A DNA stretch of 64,000 bases from Lobosporangium transversale (taxonomy: Eukaryota). Where the stretch lies: positions 682,001 through 746,000 of the forward strand of contig NW_019028981.1 of NCBI RefSeq assembly GCF_002105155.1. The letters run 5' to 3'. Made by a program: the position numbers and the translations under genes. Positions within the stretch are counted from its first letter, which is position 1; each line of letters begins with the position of its first letter. The notes beneath the pieces were generated by a model. The model was not told the DNA's origin. It worked only from the letters and a program-made list of their open reading frames with translations, and searched no databases. Positions 29,471 to 43,097 of this stretch are shown here, in pieces.

Positions 29471-29935
29471 GTTGAGCTGAGCTGAGCTGAGAAAAATGTT
29501 ATATATATATATATTCTTGTTATTCATTCATCGGAAAAAAAACCGCGTTTTTTATTTTTTTTAAATGCCCCATTTCCTCTTTTCGTTAACATACACACAA
29601 CAAAAAAAAAAAAAAAAAAAAAAAATCGTCCTTGTATTTTTATTTCATTGTAGTCTTTTCTGTTTGAACAAATAGCGCTCTTTCCCGTGTATACTATAGA
29701 CAATTAAAAAGAAAATGAAAAAAACCTGCTGTCTTTGAAGAATGCTGTCAAGTAATTCATATGTAAAAATGTATATTTTTCTTAATATGCGAAAGTGATG
29801 ATTTGAATTGATTTGGTGGCTGATCATTGACCACTCGTGATGATCTTGTATTAAATATAATTTGGCTCCATGATATTTCATATAATTCATTGGCGAGGAA
29901 AATAGACATCGTTTACAAGAGTACAATCTTTCATA

Positions 29936-30621
29936 ATGGATGTAGACACAGACTTTTTAGAAGATCCACCTCAGGTAGCGTTATTGCGATCGCTATTGAA
30001 TCGGAGCACGAGGATTCAGATCACAGATGGACGATTGTTTGAGGGACAGTTCATGTGTATTGATCATTCCAAAAACATCATTCTTGCTTCTGCATATGAG
30101 TCACGACCAGCTTATTTGAATCCCTCCCTAGCAACGACAACAACCTCATCTTCATTATCTGTCGCCACACAAGATAAGAAGGCCATCACAGACGCTATTG
30201 CCAATGCAATCGCTGCTACAACGACAGCAACGACAGCCAGAGTAAACGAACCTAATAAACAGGCGTCAACTTCAAATCAACATCCTTATCCACCACAAGT
30301 GCCACCACCAAGATCAGGCATTTTGAAAAATAAAGAAGAAGAAGGTGAGTGAGAGGAAAGAAAGAAAGAAAGAAAAAAAAGCTTGCGTGGATAATCCTCA
30401 GGGAATGAAATAATATTTGCATACTTGTGCATTGTATTTCATGTATTAATACTGTTTTTCTTTTTCTTTTTATATATTCTTTAGAGAGGCGGTTCGTAGG
30501 CCAGATTATGATTCCAGGACATCATATTGTCAAAGCCGAGATGGATACCAGCCATCTTCGAGGCTTAGACTCGCGGATAAAGTCCACCAAATATGACATG
30601 CAATACTTGCGCGGAAAGTGA
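29936..30621 (+). CDS. MAK31: LSM-domain NatC auxiliary subunit Mak31/NAA38 (2 exons)
   Basis: LRSLLNR..RIQITDGRLFEGQFMCID..KNIIL..AYE (Sm1) and RFVGQIMIPGHHIVKAE (Sm2), separated by a long Thr/Ala-rich insertion. Intron ~30344-30484. Confidence 0.8.
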
Positions 30622-30887
30622 TTCATTTTTCATTTAATTAGAATTCTTGTTTTCAAAAGAACTAATCCAGGGTATCTTGTAAATAAATAAATAAATAAAT
30701 AAAAACCCTTTTTAATAATAATAAACGACAGCAGTAATTCAGTGCACGTAGTAAATATAATAATAATGGCAAGAATATAAAGTGTCGTCTATAATGTCGG
30801 CTATAATGTCGGCTATATATTTATTCAGGTAAAAAATGATCGGTTAAAAAAAAAATAATAAAGAAAAAAACATTATTTGTGTAGTTT

Positions 30888-31933
30888 TCATGCAGTGGCA
30901 GAGGTTGTTGTAGTGGGGGCGGTGGCGGCAGTAGAGTTAACAACAGCAACGGTCGTTGGTGTAGTGGTTGTGGTTGTGATAGCAGTATTCTTTGCAGCGG
31001 GACGGTTCCATTCCTTGGGGAAACGAAGCTTTGGCTTGAGATTCTTGGCAGCATATCTCAGATCCAAGGGGACATCACTCACTGATTCTGGATCCTTCTT
31101 TGCTTCGTTGATCAGTTTGTCCATGGTATCACTCAGCCATTTAAAGTTTTGAGATCGATCCTGAAATTTTTCACAACTCATCTTGACCTGTTTCTTCACC
31201 GGATCATACCGTGGTCCGACCAAGAGTAAGAATTTATGTCGTTCTGGGTTGGTCAAAGGTAATGAATTCACATCAACTGTCATGACCACCTTGGGTGCTG
31301 CTGGATGACTGGGCTCACCAATATAAGTCGTTGCACGGAAACGAAGGATCTGTGTCTTTGAAGGAGGCTGAAATGGCTTCACAAAAGCTGCGAGGGAAAA
31401 TTAAAAAAAAAAAAATTAGATGCTGTCCACGTCTTTTTCTTTTTTTCTTTTTTTATATTATTAAAAAGAAAAAAGAAAAAAGAATAAGAATAGAATCACC
31501 TACCCTTGAGCTTGGGTAGCTCGTACTTCGTAATGCGGAGGTATTGTCTGACCTCGCGTTGAGCCTCCAATACATTGTAACCAGTCTAAAAACCATTATC
31601 GCCATCATACAAGATTCCCAGCTTAATTAACAAAAAATTAAAAAGAGAAACTCCTCCGCACCCCAACATTCAACGAGAAAGAGGAGGAAAAAAAAAAAAA
31701 AAAAAAAAAAAAAAACATACGGTAGTATTATCGTCAAACTGAAACTCCTCGAGGTTAGAAACATCCAACATGTCTTTGGAACTGCCAGAGCTACGGATAG
31801 CGCCCAATGCGGATGAACGAGCTCTGTCTGTTGAGGGATAAGAGGTCATCAATGTGCGGACGGCCTGCTTCTGAACCGAAGCTGAGGCGGACTTGGCGAT
31901 ACCGACGTGAGCCTTTGAGATGGAACGTAGCAT
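30888..31933 (-). CDS. RSM24: Mitochondrial ribosomal small subunit protein mS35 (3 exons)
   Basis: Presequence-like start; REVRQYLRITKYELPKL; PFQPP...LRFR.TTYIGE..HPAAPKVV...HKFLLLVGPRYDP...KMSCEKF....QNFKWLSD...DVPLDLR. Confidence 0.9.
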
Positions 31934-32767
31934 TTTTTTTTGGCCTTTTTTTCCTTTTCTTTTCCGAATTGAGAAATGTTAAAATAGAGTCCTGGTTATG
32001 ATTCCCGGTCCGTATCGTCTTTAGTCCTTTGACTTTCCTGATGAAAACAAAGGCGTGATGATGGTGGATGACGACTGAACAATGAACAATAAATAATCGG
32101 GTTGCTTGAGAATGCCACTTTTATTTCAAGCAAGGACTAGGAGACTAGGAAACTAGAAACTAGGAAGTCAACACAAATGTCAAAGACAGAGAGGGGGCTT
32201 GTACTGTTTACAATGTTTTGATCAGACTGATTAAGGGGTGTATATGCCATCCTTCACCAGACTTTAACTCCATGACTCGGGCAGATAGTATAACATATGA
32301 CTGCATATGGCATTGTAGTATTTAGGATGTAGCATAGATGCATGGGTGGATGTATCTACATTAGATCTGAACTGCATAACGTCCCGGATATCAAAGCTGA
32401 ATAAGAGCATTAACATTCGAAGGAGAGGATGCCGCCGTAACTGGAAATTAAATCATATACCTGGTAAGAGGAATGATATTACAAGTGCCAAAATGCGAAC
32501 TGAAGTATAAGGGCATAAGAGCGGTAGCGGGCTATCTTTATCTGAAAAAAGAAAAAAGCACCTCAGTAGACCCTAAGAAGCGTGATGACCACTGTCTTTT
32601 ATCCAAACAACATTTGTTTCTAATGAAAGGTGTTATCCCAGTTTGATCTGCAATCTGCAAGTCAGGATGTTAATTCTTTGATCGACCAAAAAAAAAGGAA
32701 AGTCACTGTTCTTGCAGCACCACGCCCATTTTTTAATGGCTATTTATTCATACTTTCTTTTCTCTTC

Positions 32768-32798
<31 letters not shown>

Positions 32799-32867
32799 TG
32801 CCTTATTTTTACTACTACTCCATACTAATCGCTTCACCCTTGTTCCATACTCCTTTAAATATTCACA

Positions 32868-33864
32868 ATGGGTCTTCTTGATATTGTTCCTGCTGGTGTT
32901 ATCACTGGTTCTGATGTCCGCAAAGTATTTGCCTATGCTTCCGAGCACGGGTTTGCCATCCCTGCCATCAATTGCACTTCTTCCTCGACTGTTAATGCTG
33001 CTCTCGGTATGACCAGCTCATTATATTATATTTAATGTTAAAAAAAAAGGGTGAATGTCACTCTGTTTGTGTTTTGTTGTTGACGTGATATTTTACACAA
33101 AAACTACATGACATTTTATATTAGAGGCTGCTCGTGATTCAAAGTCCCCTCTCATCATCCAGTTTTCCAACGGCGGTGCCGCTTACTTTGCCGGGAAGGG
33201 TATCTCGAACAAGGACGAGAAGGCTTCAATCCTTGGAGCCATTGCTGGAGCTCATCATGTCCGCCATGTCGCAAAGGCCTATGGTGTCCCCGTGATTTTG
33301 CACTCTGATCATTGTGCCAAGAAGCTCCTTCCTTGGTTCGACGGCATGTTGGCTGCTGACGAGGAGTACTTTGCAAAGCATGGCGAGCCTCTCTTCTCAT
33401 CCCACATGCTCGATCTTTCTGAGGAGAGCAAAGAGGAAAACATTGCAACCTGTGTTAAATACCTTGAAAGGATGGCCAAGATCAACTGTCACCTTGAGAT
33501 GGAGATTGGCATCACTGGGGGTGAGGAGGACGGCGTTGATAACTCTGATGTCGATAATGCTGCGCTCTACACTCAACCTGAGGATATCCTTGAAATCTAC
33601 AATGCCTTCTCAAAGATCACAGACTTGTTCTCAATCGCTGCAGGCTTTGGTAACGTCCATGGGGTTTATAGTCCCGGCAACGTAAAGCTTCATCCTGAGC
33701 TCCTTGGCAAGCATCAGGCATATGTGAAGGAACAGCTTAAGCTGGAAACTGATAAGCCCGTTTGGTTTGTCTTCCATGGAGGCTCGGGCTCGACCGAGCA
33801 AGAAATCAAGACTGCAGTCAAGTTTGGTGTTGTCAAGATGAACGTTGATACGGGTGGGTTCTTA

Positions 33865-33905
<41 letters not shown>

Positions 33906-34598
33906 GATAAGATATTACTGCTTGTGCAATTTGATCATGAAACGCTCTGCGAAACAGAGTTTGAGAAAAACGACAGTCAAAAAACGAACTCGATTACTTT
34001 ATGTTTTTACCCTTCTGTTATCATTTAAATGTATATGTTATCATATAAATATTGTTGGTGACATAAATGAAGAAAAGGATAGATCAGATCAGATCGATGG
34101 GCGACAAAGCAACCCAAAGAGTCAAGAAAGATAGACGAGAGCACGCGTCTCCTTTATCTTATCGTGTTTGACCCCAAACTCTAATTTAAAAGATTAATTT
34201 CGTTAATTCCTCTACTTATTTCTGATCCTATCTTTATAGACACTCAATGGGCATACTGGAAAGGTATCAGAGACTTTTATGAGGCCAAGAAGGTAAGCAA
34301 AGCCGCTTTTTTTTTTTTTCCAGGCCACGAGACCAAGCCAAGTCTGGAAAGACAATACATTTTATATGCTTATCTATGCTCATACATACGCATCCACGCA
34401 CACTCTCTCTTTCCTTTTTCCCTTCCCTTCTTTTCTAAATAGGGCTACCTTCAGGCTCAGGTCGGAAACCCCGAGGGCCCTAACAAACCCAATAAGAAAT
34501 TCTATGACCCCCGTGTCTGGGTCCGTGAAGGTGAAAAGACCATGTCCGAGCGCGTCAAGGAAGCTAATCAGGATCTAGGCAATGTCAACCGCTTATAA
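32868..34598 (+). CDS. FBA1: Class II fructose-1,6-bisphosphate aldolase (4 exons)
   Basis: FAIPAINCTSSST, VILHSDHCAKKLLPW, PLFSSHMLDLSEE, EMEIGITGGEEDGVDN, FGNVHGVY, FVFHGGSGS, VVKMNVDT|DTQWAYW, PNKKFYDPRVWVREGE. Confidence 0.98.
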
Positions 34599-36345
34599 AT
34601 AAATAAAAAATAAAGTCTTTGTTGTTTTTTTTTATGCAGAAGTTTACCTCCCCTGATTTGCTACCACTAGGGCATTTTGGTATGTTAAAAAAGCCAAACT
34701 GAAATATGTGCATTAACAAAGCAAGGCGGGAAAGTATGGCTCAAAAAGGTCATGCTGGCCAATGTCTTGTGCTCTAAAGCTACATGCCATACGCTTACGA
34801 GCGCAGAACTGTTAGGGGTTATAGTAACGATTTGAAAACGTGTATATTCGTGAGCATCAATTGGCTTTTTTTTTTTTTCTAAAAAAAAAAAAGAAAGGGT
34901 GGATAGTTTACATGTTCATGTAGGGGAAAGAAAGCCATGAAAAGATCAGTCATAGTGCGTCTTTTAGTTTGAATATTATTTCATGTCAATGGGACTTGTT
35001 CTGCAACATGTGACCTGCTGTGCCCATGAAGTTAAATGTACAATTTGAATATTTGTGTAAAGTTAGGACGTGCTATGACTAACAAGTTTTTTATTATTAT
35101 TTTTACACCCGATTACTCCGATGACCCTGGATAGCAGTTTATATAAATATATATAATTATCCTTCTCTGGTGCTCTGGTGCTTGTTCTGGAGCGGCAATG
35201 CCATTGGCTGATTACCCTTTTGTTGATTTGAAAATAAACAATGAGCAAGCGTGCAAGGAAATGATCCGCAGCTCTCTTCTGATATGATCATGGCTAATTA
35301 TTAATACCTTTTTCTGTAATCGACACTGTCTTGTGGCTGTTTCTACGCCAAGAAAAAAAAAAAAAAAAAAAAAAAAGATAATGAATAACCTTTCAGATCT
35401 GCAGCTACAATGCAGAAAATGTACATATATACGTAAGAGGAAGAAAAAAGGGCATAGCATAAAAGTCCCTCCTATGACAATAAAAATGCTGTAGCGCATG
35501 AACATCTGCCGAATTGGCATCAGATTTCATCATCTTACAGAGTTTAAGGTCGCAAAGACCAATAGCAGTAATAACAAAAAGAGAGACAAGAGAGACATGA
35601 ACACAGACACTTTTTTTCTGCGAATATTTCATTTTTGCCTCTGCCTCCACCCCAGAAGCGTCATTCGGAGGGGATATATTTTTGGGTCTAATCCAAAACA
35701 AACTAAAACAATGGGGACATCGGGAGATAGCCTACGCACACACACATATACCCGCATCATCTGCATCATTCATCTCACACACATTTAAATGTTGTCCAAT
35801 TGAAACAAAGCCAAAATTTGAGTTGTACCGGTTGAAACTCTGTGCCTGAAAGCCAAAAAGTAAAAATGACCCGCCGAAAAAGACGCATCTTTCCAAGGAA
35901 AAAAAAATGCTATGATGTGAGTGAATGAGCATCCTATTTGTTTGTTTGTTTTGCTTGCTTGGTAACCTCACCAACTGTTTATATGCAATGCTCATGTTTG
36001 TTCATTCATACAAACAAAAAAGAGAACGAGAAAGACAAATGAGAGCTAGAGCTAGAGCGAGAGAGAGAGAGAGCCAGAAATGCATTATATAACCTTTCGT
36101 TCTTCCTCCCCTCCCCCTTTTTTTCTTTCTTTCTTCAACTCTTCAAGTTCATCTCATATCTATATTCCTCCTCTCTCTTTTACAGCCCTTTTTTTTTTTT
36201 TTTTTTTTATCATTCCTCTCTTTTCATTTTTACAAACAACTCCACTCTACTTTTCATTATTCATTGCCTCCTCCTCAAGACTCTCCCAGTGCACACATAT
36301 ACATAAACACACATACAAGTTCAGCATTCCATCCTTCCTACCATC

Positions 36346-37280
36346 ATGGCTCAAGGTACATTAAGAGTTCCTTTTTTTTTTATGTTCATTTGACCTCTCA
36401 GCTGAACATCTTCTGCTTCCCCCTCTTAATTGCTATAATCTGGCATCGACTGCGCTGTTTTCTTGTCCACGTAAACCAATCACATCACACGTCTCTAACA
36501 TTTTCCTCTTTGCTTGACTGAATTCTCCTTGGATGAAATCTAAAAGTTATGCATCTCGAGCAATACCGACTCAGTCAAGAAGCTGCTAGATGTTTCGATG
36601 ACGATCTCGACTTTTGCCCGAGTCTGACCGCCAAGGAGGTATGTCTTCCCCCCTTCCCTCTCCTTAACTCTCATAACTTTCATCCACATTTTTTTTAATT
36701 GCTCCAATGTTTCTGGTCTTCAGTGACGCGGAGCGTGACGCCCGATCCCCATCCAATTTTCTTTTGCATGCATGTCTGACTCTCTATGTCAAGGAATGCA
36801 AAAAGAAAAATAACCCCTCACTTGCGCATCCACGGATGCAGAATAAAGTACGGGGGTTTCTTTCCGCACTTGTCTTCCACCATATGCACTGTTCCAGCAC
36901 CAGTGGTTCTTACCTTTGTTTGCCGCGCCTTGCAAATGAATGAGAATGCAATTGTTTTTTTTTTTTTTTTATTTGCGTGTTTTTCGGACGTGCTGTCGCC
37001 TCTCTCTCCTCTTCCCTCTCCCTTTTCATCTCCCTCCTTTTTCTCCTTTCTCTCTGTATGTGTCTCGCATGAACATGCAGGCTCATATGTTTTTCAGCAT
37101 CCGACATCATATGCATGTTCATCTGTAACTACGGGTAACTCAGTTACTATGGCTATACTCAATGTTCTAATGCATTTTTGAATATTCACTGTTTTTGACC
37201 AATAGTTGTCTGAAATCATCCTTGCCTCCATCTTGGCTCAAAAGGAGAAGCAGCAACAGCAACAGCAACAACAACAACAA

Positions 37281-37312
<32 letters not shown>

Positions 37313-37886
37313 TCATCACCATCATCGAGCATCCTCGACATCGCCCAAGGCTTCTGCTGCGACTGCTGGCTTGCCTTCTCGTGCCGTCACTATCGTGGAT
37401 CCTAATAGCCGCACCCCCTTGTACATTCCTCCTACGCCCAATAATGTCGCCAAGGCCTTCAATGGTGCTACTGCTACTCCTATTAGCCGTTCCGGTCGCT
37501 ACTCGGGTTCTACGACTCCTGCCACAGCTGGTCTGATGGCTCAGTCGGACTCGTATTTCAACATCATGCCTACTATGACCCGTCATCAGCAGCAACAGCA
37601 GCAGCAACAGCAGCTGTTCAACAGCATGTACGGATCTCATGCTTACCAGTACCCGCCTCAAATCCATCAGCACCAGCACCAGCACCAGCACCAGCACCAG
37701 CACCAACATCAGCAGCAGGCCTATACCATGAGCATGGCAAGTCCTACCATGGCCTCTTACTCTCCTCCACGTTCTGCTAACCGGATACCCATTGTGAACC
37801 CTGACAACGGCAGCATTGTCAATATCCCTGAAGGATCTGCCTCTTCTCCTGTTTGGCACCAGCACCACTTTGTCGCTGTGCGATAA
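36346..37886 (+). CDS. Small conserved-motif protein (EQYRLSQEAARCFDDDLDFCP) with poly-Q/HQ tracts and two I-x-I-V-(D/N)-P-like motifs (3 exons)
   Basis: Exons 36346-36355, 36547-36638 and 37206-37886 join in phase. The ATG at 36549 is an alternative start. Confidence 0.72.
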
Positions 37887-38637
37887 AGAGTTACAGGAAG
37901 CTGACTTTGTCAATTCATTTGTACACTTTTTTTTTTTTTTTTTTTTTTAAAAAAAATCATAAATATGCACTTTTATACACACTCTTTCTATTGTTTTTAC
38001 TTTTTGTAACTCTTTATTCGTTGTTAAATACCTTTGACCAAAAGTTGGCAAGTATTGATTTTTTTTTTTTATTCCTCTTTCCAACTTTTGTTAATGACTA
38101 TTGTAAACCCTATTCCTCAGGCCCTCTATTAGTTTTATTGTCGATACCCTTCATGTTTCCTCCCCCACTTCATACATACTTTTTTTTTCTGTTTTTTGTT
38201 CTTGTTGCCTATATACACATTCATAAATTTCAATATTTTCTGTCCATAATTAGTAAAGATACACTATTTAAAAAAATAAAGTTATATATTACAAAAGAAA
38301 AACAAAGAGTTTAATTTGTGGACAGATGCTTATAGTTACTTCTGGAAGGTTCGTATGTCCAGTAGTGGTAGTGTAGTAGTAGTAGAGTAGTAGAAGTAGA
38401 AGAAGAAGAAGAAGGTGGCTGACAAAAAGCAAAAAGAAAAAAGACGCGCTTACAACGAACGTGTTTGTCAGCAAGATGAAACATTATACCATTCTACATG
38501 TACACTAAACTTAAGCATAAATGTGTGAGAAAGTGAGAGACATGCATAAATTTTGATATTTTTTTTTGTTCTCTTTCCTCTCTCACTCTAATTGCATTTC
38601 TCTTCTTCATTCAATTTCTCATTTCTGTCCCAACATC

Positions 38638-39341
38638 ATGTCTGTCGGAAGCATTATTCCATTTATTGATAATTTTGTGGTCATTAAAGGTGATCCCAAT
38701 ATCACCATTGGAGGACCTGTTCCAAACGGCCACACCAAGGTTGTTGTACTCGAGTTTTGGGCAACGTAAAGTCACTTTTTTCCTCCCTATCAATGTAAAT
38801 GTAAATGTAAATGTAATAGAAAGGACTCTTTGTTTTTGTTTCATTACTTACACGTCTTTTATACATCAATATTTATATCAATCTAGTTGGTGTGGGCCTT
38901 GTCTTCAAAGGTACTTTAGTTACCTGTCTTTATAAAGGCAAAAAAAAGACTTAATCGATTACATCATCCTTTACAACTTTCAACTCATGCCACTTATTTT
39001 GCATTAAATATATATATATATAGCATCCCACATCTCTCAGAGTTGCAACGAAAGTACAAGGATGTGGATGTGACTATTATAGGCTCCACTAATGAACAGG
39101 ATGAACAGGTTATTATTTTATTTTATTTTAGTATTTAATATTATCATATATATTAAATATCAATCTCCACTCGTCCGTGTATGATAGAAAATCCGAAACT
39201 TTGTTCAAGGCCAGCCAATGGACTACACAGTGGTCTTAGACAAGCATCATGCTTTGCATTCGAGTAAGTATAAATACAGCTACGCTCAATATGTGTAATG
39301 CTTTTTCTTGTTGTTTATCTGTTTACAAATGCTAAAAACAC

Positions 39342-39373
<32 letters not shown>

Positions 39374-39711
39374 CTTTTCTAGAGGTGTTTAAGCCTAGTG
39401 GTGCAACAGGAATCCCTTTTGCTGCTATCATTGTCAACAACAAAATCCTATTTTCAGGACACCCAATGGACCCTAATTTTGATAGGATATTGGAAGATGC
39501 AGCCAGCAAAGCATCTTCGACCCGTAAGGAGCCTGTGGCCTTACCTCTGATCACACAGACCTATGATGAACTGATGCAATTACGACCCAAGGAACTGAGA
39601 CAGATCTTGGACGAGCGTGGCATCAAGTCAACAGGATGCTCAGAAAAGAGTGAGTTTGCAAAGTTGATTGTTGAGACGTGTTCAAGCACTCAATATTACA
39701 AGAGCGAGTAG
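38638..39711 (+). CDS. TlpA/ResA-like thioredoxin (WCGPC) with C-terminal SAP/ARMET_C-like helical domain (5 exons)
   Basis: VVVLEFWAT|WCGPCLQ|SIPHLSELQRKYKD...MDYTVVLD...ATGIPFAAII...SGHPMDP, then LMQLRPKELRQILDERGIKSTGCSEKSEF. Confidence 0.85.
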
Positions 39712-40055
39712 TTTTTTAGTCTAACAGCTTAGCTTACTACGACCAGCAAGGAGAAGGAAGAAAAAGACTTTTTTTTGATTTGATCCGCACTACTCTTACA
39801 AATGTACACCTAAACGCTTTCAAATAATTAAATACATAAAAAAGGTCCATACTCTTGTTTACCAATTTTTTCATTTTTATTGCTATTTTTTTTTTCCTCT
39901 TTTGGCATAAAATCATCTGCAAGTAATTGTTGTAGTCACGTTTTACAGTAGAAAAACGCTATCAGGCTAAGTTCTTCATTGAGAGCAAAAAGTAATCTGA
40001 TGAAAGCTATTACCGCTTTTCATTGGCAGCTCAGGGAACGCAGCTTGTATTGAGC

Positions 40056-41406
<1,351 letters not shown>

Positions 41407-43097
41407 AGTAACTGAACAATGATAGTATAAATGGAAGACGTTAGTTATGATGCTTGAAGGATGTTGTGGATTAGAGAGAAGTGAAAGGAAAGACGAGTTT
41501 AAAGGAGAGGAAAAAAAAAAAACTACACCTCTTTTAAAGACAAAGCATATCTACGCGTCGTAGTCATTAATGGATTTTATATATATGCTCGTGTTTAACA
41601 GGAAATAGACAATTCCCCAAAATAAATCGGATTGAGACCAACAGTTGACACGTACTGGGAAAGCCGTCGCTTCCCCGTCCACAATGTAAAAAACCTGCAG
41701 TTTAGTAGCCATAATCATATCTCGTGTTTTAGCGATACAATCATGTCTTTCTATGGTTCAACAGTTGACTTTGAAGATTTTGGTAATGACATTATTGCAC
41801 TTTTCAAGCGGTGAGAATCGCTAGGTCCACGACCTAGACTGGTTCTGTTGCTTCCCATATTATGCTCTTATTGACTACAAAACGGCCCAATTTCTTCCAC
41901 GCGTCCACCGTTTCGTTATTATTCTATCTAGGTACTCAGCCACTCTCTCTTTCCTTTTTTACCTTCTTTTCAGCTCTCACTGCGTGTAGTTGCCGCAGAA
42001 AAGACGATGAGAGCGCGCCTTCGGGGAGCTTTCTGAAATGATCATTGATATTTTGGGCCTAGACAGGCTGGATACACGCACGGCCAGGGTTGGGTATCCG
42101 TTGCCGAACCTCAGTCAAGGCTGACTTTGTTATTGATTGGTAGTGGGGAATGCAAGCTTTCCTTGTTGATAAATTCATTGAAATGTAATTCTCAAAAAAT
42201 CTCAAATATATCTTGTATGAGATTTATCATGAATGGATTGAATGAGCCCTCCAGAGTAGTATGTGGATATGTCTTACAGTCACTGAATGGGATGGCCCTG
42301 GTCCCTGGCCATTATCATGGTCATCATCATCATTACCATCATGCATATTGAGCTTGAGCAATGCAGAGTAAGAGCCCTTTCTTTGATGCGCAATAAACTA
42401 TGTTTTTGATTGGGTTTGGGTCAGTGGCGGAGGTCTTTTTTTTATCATTTTCAGGTCAGATTATTAGCCCTCATTGAAGAGAAGAGTGAGCATTAGTCGA
42501 GTATGAAGAGATGTTGATGTTTAAAGTAGATTTATATATAATAGCGATGTTGTAATTATGTTATTATGTATATATTTATACTTGATCGATGTTTGCACAA
42601 TTAGGCATAAGAAGAAAGAACGGAAGTGCATGTAGCATGTGGCAGGGAAGAGAATAGTATATTTATATACAAATATTCATTTTTCAATTCATTACAAAGT
42701 AAGAATTAAATGAAAAGAAGTGTCAAAGCGTCCGTCTTTCTGTTTGTTCGAGAAGTTAATTGCTTGCACACGAGCTCTTTCTTATCTTCCTTTCTTCTTC
42801 ACTTCATCGTCTTTTCCCTCGTCGTCTTCTCCTTTGTCGACTCGACTGTTGTCGTCCCTTTCACCGCCAGTGCCCCTGCATACGATCCCCCCCCTCCATT
42901 TCTCCATTTCTCCATTTTTCCACTTCTTCCTTTTCTTTCATTGCTTCCTTTCATCCTTCTTCAGGAAAGAGTGATCGATTTACGACATATACAACGAGGA
43001 CAACCGATTTAATTACTTTAGCAACTGCGCTCGTTCCCTTGACTCTTGCTCATTCCATTGCAATTCATAATTCATTTAACATTCATCTCACTAAGCA

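Noticed and set aside
37167..37913. 248-aa antisense ORF
   Set aside because: Shadow of the CAG/CAC-repeat coding exon on the + strand; poly-L and LV runs are the reverse complement of the Q and HQ tracts.
41743..41990. MSFYGSTVDFEDFGNDIIALFKR followed by GTGAGA, a possible first exon of a hemerythrin paralog
   Set aside because: No downstream acceptor gives an extended open frame, and the similarity is too short.
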